NCBI GenBank assembly: GCA_963677155.1
Contig: OY781884.1
Span: 2,060,134 to 2,124,133 of the forward strand
Direction: 5' to 3'
DNA length: 64,000 nucleotides
From: an uncultured Draconibacterium sp.
GTDB lineage: Bacteria; Bacteroidota; Bacteroidia; Bacteroidales; Prolixibacteraceae
The position numbers and the translations under genes are program-made. The notes beneath the pieces are model-generated. The model did no database searches. It was not told where the DNA came from and was given only the letters and a program-made list of their open reading frames with translations. Below, in pieces: positions 27,196 to 36,442 of the stretch (position 1 is the first letter of the stretch; the number at the start of each line of letters is the position of its first letter).

Positions 27196-27807
27196 ATGAA
27201 TGCACGACTTAAAATATCTGCTTTACTTGTAGGAGTTGGATTGATTCTGGCCTTTCTGCCTTTTAATGCAGCTAAATCTTTTCAACTAAAGCCCACCGAA
27301 TTACTGGAAATATCGATGAATTCCGACATGTATTTTTCGGTTGATGAAGTGGCTCGTTTGGTAAATAACGAAGATACCACCATCCAACTGATTGATTTGC
27401 GTAACACTTCCGAGTTTATGGAAAGTAACATCCCGGGTTCGATCAATATTCCGTTTAATGATTTGCTCAACCCTAACTGGGAAGGATATCTGAATCAGGA
27501 TAAAGTAAGAAATGTTTATTACGCAAATGGCGATGAAACAGCAAACCTGGCCTGGACCATCGTGAGCGGCCTGGGCTACGCGAATTCATTTGTGATGAGA
27601 GGCGGAATGAATGAATGGTACAGAACAGTTATGTATAGCAAGTTTGAAGGTGAACGAATTACACCACGCGAAAATGCGCTGTTCGAAAACCGCTACAAAG
27701 CACGAAGAACTTTTACACAAATTAATAGTTTACCCGACAGTTTAAAAATGCAATACCTTGAAGCGAAACGATTGGAAGAATCGCAGCTGGATGGAGGTTG
27801 TGAATAA
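27196..27807 (+). CDS. Membrane-anchored rhodanese-like protein with C-terminal GGCE
   Basis: LIDLRN, NIPGSINIPF, MRGGMNEW; no Cys in the active-site loop (YYANG). Confidence 0.85.
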   Translation: MNARLKISALLVGVGLILAFLPFNAAKSFQLKPTELLEISMNSDMYFSVDEVARLVNNEDTTIQLIDLRNTSEFMESNIPGSINIPFNDLLNPNWEGYLNQDKVRNVYYANGDETANLAWTIVSGLGYANSFVMRGGMNEWYRTVMYSKFEGERITPRENALFENRYKARRTFTQINSLPDSLKMQYLEAKRLEESQLDGGCE

Positions 27808-27819
27808 AACAGTTATAAA

Positions 27820-28254
27820 ATGAAGAAAAATATAACATGGATTTTAGGTGTTTTGCTCATACTTCTTGTACTGGTTTTAGTTCGAACATTTAATTCGAAC
27901 CTGTTTAAAAGAAATGTAAGCGAGGCATTAACCACCGAGATGACGGTTTCAGTGCAGGATTTAAGCGCATTAAAAGGCAGCTACTCTGTTGTTGAACTGG
28001 ATGCCGAAAACCAGCGCTTCCCAAATTCATTGGTACTACCTTTTAACCAACTTCTTGAAAAAGAAAATAAGGAGAAACTGGCTTCGCTTGATGGAAAAAT
28101 TCTGCTTTATTCCTCCGATATATCCACAAGTTCAAAGGCCTGGGTTATTCTGAATCAATTGGAATTTGATGGAGTTTATATTCTCTCTGATGAAGAAAAT
28201 CCGGAGGTGTTAAAATATAAATTCCAGCCCGATACTACGATCAGGCTGGAATAA
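27820..28254 (+). CDS. Membrane-anchored degenerate rhodanese-like protein
   Basis: N-terminal TM; FPNSLVLPF, ILLYSSD, KAWVILNQL; Cys-free. Confidence 0.6.
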   Translation: MKKNITWILGVLLILLVLVLVRTFNSNLFKRNVSEALTTEMTVSVQDLSALKGSYSVVELDAENQRFPNSLVLPFNQLLEKENKEKLASLDGKILLYSSDISTSSKAWVILNQLEFDGVYILSDEENPEVLKYKFQPDTTIRLE

Positions 28255-28276
28255 TATCTTTTTGAACTATCTCAAT

Positions 28277-29320
28277 TTAATTTTGAACGTACGGATAATC
28301 ATGAATTTCGGCTTCGGTAAACGGCAGCCACGAAAGAGTACTTTCTTCCTGTTTCATTTTATCGTACATAAAAGCATTGTTACCAAAGGTGAGCGTTTTG
28401 GCATCGTAACCAAACAAACGCAGGTAAGCCGTTGCAAAGCCCGAATTGTGCCCGGTATTGCAGTACAACACCACTTCCTTATCTACCGGAATAGTTTGCA
28501 TCTCTGAAACAATCCCAAGCGTTCCACCAGGTTTGTAACGCACAGCACCCGGAATATGACCCGAATCGTATTTGTCTTTCCGGTCGTAATTAATCGAATA
28601 ATACTGTCCGGGATTTTCAAACACATCACCAGCGTTTACCAAAGCATCGCTATAACCGGCTGCAAAAAGAGCCTCAATGCGTTGTTGCAGCAATTCGTCG
28701 CCATCCGTACTTCCGGTGTTCAGTTTTGGAAGATCCGCTATCGGTGCTTTATCGTGATCTTCCGTCTCAAGCTGATCCTCATAATCAGAAGATACATTAG
28801 CCAGCCACACATCCTCAGCAAAGTGTCTATTCCAGCCACTCATCCCCCAACGCATGCCATAAACATTTCCGTAGCCTGCCAGTCGTAACAACGAAGTGGC
28901 ATAACTTGAAATCTGACCGGAATAACATACTACCACAATTTTGTCGTATTCAAACGGTTTGATATCGTTGGTGAGATACGCAGGCAGATCGCTAAAATCG
29001 ACACGAACAGCACCTTTTATGTGCCCGTCGTTAAAAGCGTCTTCGTTGCGAACATCAATAATTTTAATGTTTCCATCCAGCTCTTCATAAACTGACGATG
29101 GTTTTATAAGCGACGGAAAATTACGACTATTAGCGTAATCACCCATTTCATTCAGCGTTTTTAGCAGTAATTTTGCCTCGGCATTTACCTCAATTTTTGG
29201 GTTGGGGTCTTTTACACTGGTTTGTGTTTGCTCAGTTTTTTTCTGCCCACCCGAGCAGGAAAGCAAAACGACAAAAGCTGCCAATGTAAAAAAACTTAAA
29301 ATCGGTTTTATCTTGATCAT
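28277..29320 (-). CDS. Tandem rhodanese-domain lipoprotein (sulfurtransferase)
   Basis: Lipobox LLSC; two domains with GHIKGA/CYSGQIS and GHIPGA/CNTGHNS. Confidence 0.9.
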   Translation of the reverse strand: MIKIKPILSFFTLAAFVVLLSCSGGQKKTEQTQTSVKDPNPKIEVNAEAKLLLKTLNEMGDYANSRNFPSLIKPSSVYEELDGNIKIIDVRNEDAFNDGHIKGAVRVDFSDLPAYLTNDIKPFEYDKIVVVCYSGQISSYATSLLRLAGYGNVYGMRWGMSGWNRHFAEDVWLANVSSDYEDQLETEDHDKAPIADLPKLNTGSTDGDELLQQRIEALFAAGYSDALVNAGDVFENPGQYYSINYDRKDKYDSGHIPGAVRYKPGGTLGIVSEMQTIPVDKEVVLYCNTGHNSGFATAYLRLFGYDAKTLTFGNNAFMYDKMKQEESTLSWLPFTEAEIHDYPYVQN

Positions 29321-29332
29321 AAATAATAGGTA

Positions 29333-30385
29333 TTAGCTCTGACTTTCAACAATATTCATTTCTTTGTCGTAACGAAGGGTTTCTACTCTAAGGCCCTGAT
29401 CGTCGTATTTGTATTCCACAATAGCCACACCGTTATTCGGGTTGTTCACCACATTTCCATTGGCATCTTTCGAAACACTTTTCACCAACTCCCCATATTC
29501 GTTGTATTCATTCTCGGTTACCGGAATTCCTTTTCCACCAAGCAATTCATCGTCCTGATCATAAACAACCGTTTTTACCGCATTTCCATATTCATCAACA
29601 ACATTTTGACGTTTGGCCCAGCCCCAGTATAAATTCGAAAGCTGCCCGGTTGTACTGTGTACCGAAAAGCTCAGCACATCGCCTTTGTCGTTGTTTTCGA
29701 ATAAGAAATACGAAACGCCAACATCGCCACAATTTTCGGCGGTACAGTTGTACATGGTATCTTCAATGTAGTTAGCCATTCTGGTAACATAACCATTTCC
29801 ATCATACGAAAAACGCAACTCATAAAACGGACAAAACGGATTCATGATGGTTTCTTCCTCGGCCAGGTTATAACGCAATTCACGAATCATTCCATTGTCA
29901 AGTTTCGACCATACGTAATTATGAATGTTATTACGATTCTCAATTGGATTTCCTTCTTTATCGAGGAAACGCATTGCAACGCGCATTCCCGAATCATCAA
30001 GCGTATATTCCTGCGTAAACGCACCTGCACTTTCAATGGGTTCACCTTTTTCGTTAAAGAAATGTTTAATCTGCTTGTTACCATCGTAGGTATAGGTAAT
30101 TTTTGCAGCTCGCAGGTTTGAATATCCCAGCAACAATCCGTTACGGTTGTATTCTACCGATGCCAGTCTTCCGTCGTCATTCCAGGTGAATTTGTAGTTA
30201 TTCACTTTCTCAGCTTCTTCAGCTGAAATTTCATACGATCCACGCTCCAAATCCCAGGGCGTTTCGCTAAATAGCAACTGTCGGTAATACTTTACGTTAG
30301 CATCTTTGGTGGTTGCCGGCTTCTGGTTACAAGCCATAAAGCCCATAACCACGAGGGCGAGCAAAAACAATTTTGTAATTTTCAT
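29333..30385 (-). CDS. Lipoprotein with YD/RHS-like beta-hairpin repeats
   Basis: Lipobox FMAC; repeated YxYDxxG...D..G units of about 24 aa. Confidence 0.7.
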   Translation of the reverse strand: MKITKLFLLALVVMGFMACNQKPATTKDANVKYYRQLLFSETPWDLERGSYEISAEEAEKVNNYKFTWNDDGRLASVEYNRNGLLLGYSNLRAAKITYTYDGNKQIKHFFNEKGEPIESAGAFTQEYTLDDSGMRVAMRFLDKEGNPIENRNNIHNYVWSKLDNGMIRELRYNLAEEETIMNPFCPFYELRFSYDGNGYVTRMANYIEDTMYNCTAENCGDVGVSYFLFENNDKGDVLSFSVHSTTGQLSNLYWGWAKRQNVVDEYGNAVKTVVYDQDDELLGGKGIPVTENEYNEYGELVKSVSKDANGNVVNNPNNGVAIVEYKYDDQGLRVETLRYDKEMNIVESQS

Positions 30386-30509
30386 TTTGTTCTATTTGTT
30401 TTGATGATAAAATGCAGTTATTCTGTTGGTTTAACAGATTGAAGGGAAACATTGTTTAAAAAGGATTCTCACAAGTATTATTAACATTTTCAGGGAATAA
30501 GACCAACGC

Positions 30510-31211
30510 TTAAACATCAGCATAAGCCAGCGTGGCAATGCTGACTTTTGTTCCGGGCTGTTTTAACAAGTGAATAGCACAAGCCTCCAGCGTCGCCCCG
30601 GTGGTAACGACATCATCAATGAGCAAAATGTGTTTGTTTCTAGCCGATTCAGGGTTATTCAACCCAAAAACACTTTCAACATTTTGCCAACGTTCGTAAC
30701 GGTTTCTTTTTGTTTGGGTCGATGTGTATTCCTTTCTGTACAGCGTTTTGGTATCAACCGGCTTTTCTAAAACTTCGGCAATTCCACTAGCTATCCACTC
30801 ACTTTGATTAAAACCGCGCTTCTTTTCTTTTCGAGGATGCAGAGGCACCGGCATTAAAACATCAATTTCGGCAAAGAGTGGAGATTCCAACAATTTCGGG
30901 CCAAATTTCTTTCCGGTTTCATACCCCAGCTCTTTTAATCCTTTGTATTTCACAAAATGAATAAGTTGCTGGTATTTACTACCTTTTTTATAGCTAAAAA
31001 AAGCTGTTGCCCCCGAAATATCAACCCGCCCCCAGAATAGCTGAGCCACTTTATTCTCCTCTTTTAAATGAAAATTGGTTGCCGGAAGATCGTGCCAGCA
31101 ACTAAAACAAACAAGAGTTTCCTGCGTTACCAGCCGTTTCCCACAGGTTACACACAACTCGGGGAAAAACAGGCCCAACACATCTGAAATACTTTGCTTG
31201 AGAAGGTTCAT
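30510..31211 (-). CDS. comF: ComF family phosphoribosyltransferase-like protein
   Basis: CVTC...CFSC Zn ribbon, PVPLH, RGFNQS, ILLIDDVVTTGATL. Confidence 0.92.
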   Translation of the reverse strand: MNLLKQSISDVLGLFFPELCVTCGKRLVTQETLVCFSCWHDLPATNFHLKEENKVAQLFWGRVDISGATAFFSYKKGSKYQQLIHFVKYKGLKELGYETGKKFGPKLLESPLFAEIDVLMPVPLHPRKEKKRGFNQSEWIASGIAEVLEKPVDTKTLYRKEYTSTQTKRNRYERWQNVESVFGLNNPESARNKHILLIDDVVTTGATLEACAIHLLKQPGTKVSIATLAYADV

Positions 31212-31400
31212 AGCTGAAAGTTACAAAATTCTGAATTTAACCACTTAATGTTTAGTTAAAAGTTACTTGTTGCTGATTAATAATTCGTTAACCCACTGAT
31301 AATTTTTGGATAATCAGTGTTGTATAAAACATCCATAACTTGCAGGTGTATAAAAAATATTTCCCTATCTCTCTTGTATTCCTCTCAGGAAATCATCTCC

Positions 31401-31435
31401 AAAGGTTGTCACGTTCGAGACAACCTTTCTTTTTT
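31401..31435 (+). terminator. Terminator of an ORF-less short transcript (candidate sRNA or attenuator)
   Basis: AAAGGTTGTC-ACGTTCGA-GACAACCTTT plus T-run, with no + strand ORF just upstream. Confidence 0.65.
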
Positions 31436-31613
31436 GTAAATAGGTATTTTTCGCAAAGCCTGCGTCTTAACTAAAGATAAGTGGCTGAATTATCTACAAC
31501 TTTTTGAAGATTAAAATCAAGTTGAATATTTATAATCCTTCAAAAGTCAGGATTTTAGCCGTATAAATTATTATTTTTACCTGCATTGTAAATCAATAAA
31601 CCTAAAATAACCA

Positions 31614-33149
31614 ATGTCCAAATTTCAACTTTTTGGTAACTACCTTCGAAAAAAATTGTTACTGATCATTTTTATCGGATTTATAATTGGTATCGCTGTT
31701 ACCATTTCTTCTCTTAAAGTCATTGAAGCTACCTCTACAAACGAATCGTGCGAAGTATGTCACGTTCATCCCCATGTTTTTGATTCTTGGAAACTCTCTG
31801 TTCATCACGAGAACAGAACAGGAATGCATATTGGCTGTGTAGAATGTCACCTTCCGCCAAAAGGACAAGGCTACCTAAAAGAGAAAATAAAGGCCGGAGC
31901 CCGCGATGCTTACGGTTATCTGTTTAAAGACAGTGCCGATTTTAACTGGGAAGCCAAATCTTCGCTTGAGCAGGCACAGCATTTTGTTTTTGAAGAATCG
32001 TGTATAAGTTGTCACAATAATTTATTTCCGCTAACACTTAATTCCGAAGGTCAACAAGCTCACCTTTATTACTCGCAAAACCAAGAGGAACTGCGCTGCA
32101 TCAACTGCCACCTGAATGTTGGGCACTACGATCCGAATGCGCTTCATGCCAAAAATGTTGAGTTTGGAAGCACAGGTGCCGAAGCAAAAGAATATTATAC
32201 TTCTGCAACCGAAGTAAAGGTTCATGAAGACTATACCGAAACAGTTCCGGGTACAACCATTGCATTTAATATGAAAGCCATTCCGGGCGGAAGTTTCAAA
32301 ATTGGGAGTCCGGAATCGGAACAATTGCGCGAAAGCGATGAAGGTCCGCAAAAAACAGTAAATGTAAGTCCATTCTTTATGGCCGAAATAGAAGTGAGCT
32401 GGGATGAATACCTGGCCTTTTATGGTGCCACTGCCGCCGAAGGCCGAACCACCGACACTGAAGGATCTCGTACAGAAGCAGATGTTGATGCGATATCAGG
32501 GCCTACACCACCTTACGGGCAGCCCGACCAAAACTGGGGAATGGGAAGCCGCCCGGCCATTACGATGAGTTACCATTCAGCCGAAACCTACTGCAAATGG
32601 TTATCGAAAGTTACCGGAAAAACCTACCGCTTGCCAACTGAAGCCGAGTGGGAATATGCAGCCCGCGGAGGAACCGAAACTCCATTCTTCTTTGAAGGAC
32701 AGCCAAAAGATTTTAAAGACAAAAACTTTATTGGAAAACTATTCGGAAAAGGAAGCGACATTATTAATAACTACGTTGTTTACGAAAAAAACAGCGGACT
32801 GAAAACGGCCAAACCCGATGTTATTGAGGGCAATCCGTATGGTCTGAAAAACATGCTTGGCAATGCCGCAGAATACTGTGCTGATTGGTACTCCGAAGAT
32901 GCCTATTCGAAACTAAGCGATGGTGTTAGCGACCCCAAAGGACCAGCCTCGGGTGAGGAACACGTTATTCGTGGCGGAACATTTAAAAGTTCGGTTGGCG
33001 AAGTAAGAAGTGCTGCCCGCGATTACACCCGTAGCGAAGAATGGATGAAAACCGATCCGCAAATGCCAAAGAGTATCTGGTGGCTATCAGACTGTAATTA
33101 CATTGGCTTCCGAGTGGTGTGCGAATATGATGAGAATACCGGAAAATAA
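31614..33149 (+). CDS. NapC/NirT-type tetraheme cytochrome c fused to an FGE-sulfatase (SUMF1/GldK-like) domain
   Basis: TM helix; CEVCH, CVECH, CISCH, CINCH; then RLPTEAEWEYAARGG, NPYGLKNMLGNAAE, IGFRVV. Confidence 0.9.
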   Translation: MSKFQLFGNYLRKKLLLIIFIGFIIGIAVTISSLKVIEATSTNESCEVCHVHPHVFDSWKLSVHHENRTGMHIGCVECHLPPKGQGYLKEKIKAGARDAYGYLFKDSADFNWEAKSSLEQAQHFVFEESCISCHNNLFPLTLNSEGQQAHLYYSQNQEELRCINCHLNVGHYDPNALHAKNVEFGSTGAEAKEYYTSATEVKVHEDYTETVPGTTIAFNMKAIPGGSFKIGSPESEQLRESDEGPQKTVNVSPFFMAEIEVSWDEYLAFYGATAAEGRTTDTEGSRTEADVDAISGPTPPYGQPDQNWGMGSRPAITMSYHSAETYCKWLSKVTGKTYRLPTEAEWEYAARGGTETPFFFEGQPKDFKDKNFIGKLFGKGSDIINNYVVYEKNSGLKTAKPDVIEGNPYGLKNMLGNAAEYCADWYSEDAYSKLSDGVSDPKGPASGEEHVIRGGTFKSSVGEVRSAARDYTRSEEWMKTDPQMPKSIWWLSDCNYIGFRVVCEYDENTGK

Positions 33150-33192
33150 CTTATAACAATTGAATCCTAAATTCAACTAAAACATTAATAAC

Positions 33193-34548
33193 ATGAGTAA
33201 CAACAATTTTTCAAGAAGGAAATTTTTAGCCGGAGCCGCAACAGTTGGAGCAGCAGGGGCTATGGGAATCGGAACTTTGTCATCGTGCTCTGGCGGAAGC
33301 TCTTCTGCAAGCGCCGAATACGATTGGATGCCAAGAGAATACAAATATCCGCCTTTATTGGATGAAGTACCTGCAGGAACAGTTTTAAAAGCCGGAGTTA
33401 TTGGTTGTGGCGGACGGGGAACCGGTGCAGCTCTTAATTTTTTGGAAGCCGGTGGTTCAACCGTTCAGGTAACGGCGCTGGCCGATGTTTTTAAGGACAG
33501 GCTGGATAGTTGTGTGGAAAAAATTAAAACCGAAACCGGACAGGAAGTTCCTCCTGAAAACTGTTTTCTTGGGTTTGATGCTTATGAAAAAGTACTCGAT
33601 TCGGGTGTTGATATTGTAATTCTGGCAACACCACCCAAATTCCGTCCTCAGCAGTTTGAAGCGGCTGTAAAAGCACGTAAGCACGTATTTATGGAAAAAC
33701 CTGTTGCTGTTGATCCGGTTGGAATTCGCCAGGTTTTGGCTGCAGCCAAAATGGCCGATGCTGCCGGATTAAAAGTGGTTACGGGTACACAACGCCGCCA
33801 CCAACATAAATATTTAAACATATATAAAGAACTCAGCAATAATGCCATTGGCAAACTCACCACTGCCGAAGTATATTGGAATGGAGGACAATTGTGGTAC
33901 AGAAACAGCAAGCCCGAATGGAGCGAAATGGAATGGATGATTCGCGACTGGGTGAACTGGTGCTGGCTATCGGGCGATCATATTGTTGAACAGCACGTGC
34001 ACAATATCGACGTAGCCAACTGGTTTTTTGGCAAACATCCGATAAAAGCTTTAGGTTTTGGTTCACGTCAGCGTCGCCCAACCGGCGATCAGTATGATAA
34101 TTTTGCCGTTCGATATGAACTAGACGACGGACGCCAGATTTTAAGTACCTGCCGCCAGATTAATGGTTGTACAAATGCGGTAAACGAAGTAATGCATGGT
34201 ACTAAAGGAAAAGCATTTACCTCGCAGGGAGGAACAGCAATAATTACCGACTTGCAGGGAAATACTCTATTCTCGGACGAAGACCATGCAACCAGCCCAT
34301 ACGTTCAGGAACATAAGGACCTGATCACCTGTATTCGCGAGAATATACCATGGAACCAGGCCGAAGAAACTGCCAATTCGGTAATGGTGGCAATTATGGG
34401 ACGTGTTTCGGCATACACCGGAAAAGAAGTTACCTGGGACGAAATGATGAACTCGGACATGAAACTTGGTCCTGACACTTTCATTATGGGCGATATTGGC
34501 TACATGGAAACGGCCAGCGTACCTGTACCGGGAACACTTGAACGTTAG
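33193..34548 (+). CDS. Gfo/Idh/MocA oxidoreductase, Tat-exported lipoprotein
   Basis: SRRKFL...LSSC signal; VIGCGGRG; FMEKPVAVD; EQHVHNID. Confidence 0.93.
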   Translation: MSNNNFSRRKFLAGAATVGAAGAMGIGTLSSCSGGSSSASAEYDWMPREYKYPPLLDEVPAGTVLKAGVIGCGGRGTGAALNFLEAGGSTVQVTALADVFKDRLDSCVEKIKTETGQEVPPENCFLGFDAYEKVLDSGVDIVILATPPKFRPQQFEAAVKARKHVFMEKPVAVDPVGIRQVLAAAKMADAAGLKVVTGTQRRHQHKYLNIYKELSNNAIGKLTTAEVYWNGGQLWYRNSKPEWSEMEWMIRDWVNWCWLSGDHIVEQHVHNIDVANWFFGKHPIKALGFGSRQRRPTGDQYDNFAVRYELDDGRQILSTCRQINGCTNAVNEVMHGTKGKAFTSQGGTAIITDLQGNTLFSDEDHATSPYVQEHKDLITCIRENIPWNQAEETANSVMVAIMGRVSAYTGKEVTWDEMMNSDMKLGPDTFIMGDIGYMETASVPVPGTLER

Positions 34549-34590
34549 CGACATAACAATCATTTTAAGATTGATCAATCAATTCAATAT

Positions 34591-34620
34591 AAACCTTCGG
34601 CTATAGTCGAAGGTTTTTTT
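34591..34620 (+). terminator. Terminator after the oxidoreductase
   Basis: AAACCTTCGG-CTATAG-TCGAAGGTTT plus T-run. Confidence 0.75.
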
Positions 34621-34677
34621 GGCACTATACTTGTTTTAACACTAAAAAATGAAGTTTAATTATAAAAGTCTATAAGT

Positions 34678-35292
34678 ATGAAAACAATTGAAAACAAACA
34701 AACATTTACCGTCAAAAAAATTTCTGCGTTTTTATTAATAGTTGTAGCTGGTATTTTCGCCTCGTGCGAAGGACCGGTTGGACCTCCGGGAATCCCGGGA
34801 GAAGATGGTTACAATTTTGAAGGAACCACTTTTGAATTTATCGGTGATTTTACTCCCGCAAACAGTTACCAAATGGCTCTTAACTTTGAAAATGAAGGAT
34901 TCATTCCTTATTATTCAGACGTAATCCTTGCCTATGTTTTGTGGACTAACGAAGACGGTTTTGAATTCTGGCGTCCACTTCCTCAAACCCAGTATTTTGA
35001 TTCTGGTGCAATTTTGCAGTATAATTTCGATTATACCACAGATTATGCAAACGATAAAATTGTTGACATATCAGTATTTTTAGATGGCGATGTGGATCTG
35101 TCAAGTTTGTCAAACAATTATACCTTGAACCAAACTTTCAGAATTGTAGTAGTTCCGTCTAATTTTATGAGTATGGCAAATGTAGATGCCAACGATATGA
35201 ACTCAATTTTAAATTCCTCTAATATTCAGTTTAAATCGTTAGGTACGATTGACCCGGGAATGGTTATTGATACCAATATTGAGATCAAATAA
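34678..35292 (+). CDS. Lipoprotein with a short collagen-like linker
   Basis: FASC lipobox followed by GPVGPPGIPGEDG. Confidence 0.8.
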   Translation: MKTIENKQTFTVKKISAFLLIVVAGIFASCEGPVGPPGIPGEDGYNFEGTTFEFIGDFTPANSYQMALNFENEGFIPYYSDVILAYVLWTNEDGFEFWRPLPQTQYFDSGAILQYNFDYTTDYANDKIVDISVFLDGDVDLSSLSNNYTLNQTFRIVVVPSNFMSMANVDANDMNSILNSSNIQFKSLGTIDPGMVIDTNIEIK

Positions 35293-35308
35293 TTAAAAAT
35301 TACGATAT

Positions 35309-35348
35309 AAAAAAGACCGATAACCAGTTTGGGTTATCGGTCTTTTTT
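35309..35348. terminator. Bidirectional terminator
   Basis: AAAAAAGACCGATAACC...GGTTATCGGTCTTTTTT between convergent genes. Confidence 0.85.
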
Positions 35349-35373
35349 ATATCGTAAAATTATCGATAGAGAA

Positions 35374-36066
35374 TTAGCCTTTGTTTTTAATTTCCTCAAG
35401 CCGTTCTTCGTTCAAAATAGTAAGTACATTTTTCTTTAAATCAATAATCTCCAGATCTTGAAATTCTTTTAAAATCCTTGAAATACTTTCGCGCGAAGTA
35501 CCTATAAGAGCAGCAATTTCGGTTTGTGTAAGGTTTAATGCAAAGGGATTTTGGCCATAAACTTCATGTGCTAAATAACTTATGGTATTGGCCAGGCGCC
35601 CGGGTAATTGATGCTGCACATTCTTCACCAACCGATCAAAATAATTCATTTCATCTTTAAAAACCGTAGACAAAACTTTAACAGCAAAGTCGCCATTACT
35701 TTTTAGTAAATCAGTAAAATGGTTTCGATCAATAAAACAAACCTCCGATTTGGTAAGTGCAACAGCCGAATAATAATTCGATTTTGTTTCCTTGTCGAGA
35801 TTCTGAAGACCGAGATAAGCCCCTTTTGTAGAAACACTTAAAATAAAATCTTTTCCTCCGGCACCCTTTTTTACCAATTTTACGAATCCTTCGCGTAAAT
35901 AGATAATATGTTGTACCGGTCCTCCTTCTTTAATAATAAGTTCTCCTTTATCGTACTGAATCATTGAACAACCTTTTCCGAGCGTAGTTAACTCATTATC
36001 ATCCAGAACTGAAACGGGCTTTGACTTTAGTGTACAATTAACACAGCTATTGGTCGACAAATTCAT
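35374..36066 (-). CDS. Crp/Fnr family regulator with N-terminal Cys cluster
   Basis: SCVNC...GC N-terminus, cNMP-binding domain, HTH LTQTEIAALIGTSRESISR. Start moved to the MNLSTN ATG at 36066. Confidence 0.9.
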   Translation of the reverse strand: MNLSTNSCVNCTLKSKPVSVLDDNELTTLGKGCSMIQYDKGELIIKEGGPVQHIIYLREGFVKLVKKGAGGKDFILSVSTKGAYLGLQNLDKETKSNYYSAVALTKSEVCFIDRNHFTDLLKSNGDFAVKVLSTVFKDEMNYFDRLVKNVQHQLPGRLANTISYLAHEVYGQNPFALNLTQTEIAALIGTSRESISRILKEFQDLEIIDLKKNVLTILNEERLEEIKNKG

Positions 36067-36173
36067 AAGATAGACTTTGATGTAATAAATATCACAAGTA
36101 TACGAGATTTTTCCCACAAAGTTAAATGAACCAATGATCTTTATTTGCCGTATAATTGTAAAAAGACTATACC

Positions 36174-36380
36174 ATGAATAAAATAGTAACATTAATCAGC
36201 TACAATTTAGGACTTTGGGGAATTTTAGGGTTCTTTGCTACCATAATTCTTGGCTTTATTTCGTGTTATGCGAATTTACCCAGTCAGGTATTCTATATCA
36301 GTCTGATTTCGTTTGCAGCAATAGGATTAGCTGCCACAACATTTTGTGTTGCGCGCGGATGTAAAAAATACGATAAATAA
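36174..36380 (+). CDS. Small two-TM membrane protein, 68 aa
   Basis: Two hydrophobic helices and a C-terminal CVARGC; divergent from the Crp/Fnr gene. Confidence 0.55.
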   Translation: MNKIVTLISYNLGLWGILGFFATIILGFISCYANLPSQVFYISLISFAAIGLAATTFCVARGCKKYDK

Positions 36381-36442
36381 GTTGTCAAGACAATAAGTGC
36401 TATTTACTCCGCCTGTAATCTAGCTGCAGATTTTACTTTTCA

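Noticed and set aside
29333-30385. Rhs toxin / polymorphic toxin system
   Set aside because: Short lipoprotein with no PxxxxDPxG core end, no toxin tip and no immunity gene.
31405-31430. GTTCGA as a tRNA T-loop
   Set aside because: It is the loop of a terminator hairpin; there is no cloverleaf.
25880-36170. FNR boxes (TTGAT-N4-ATCAA) upstream of the sulfur and redox operons
   Set aside because: Only wrongly spaced or inverted half-sites were seen (near 25980 and 34570), so none is claimed.
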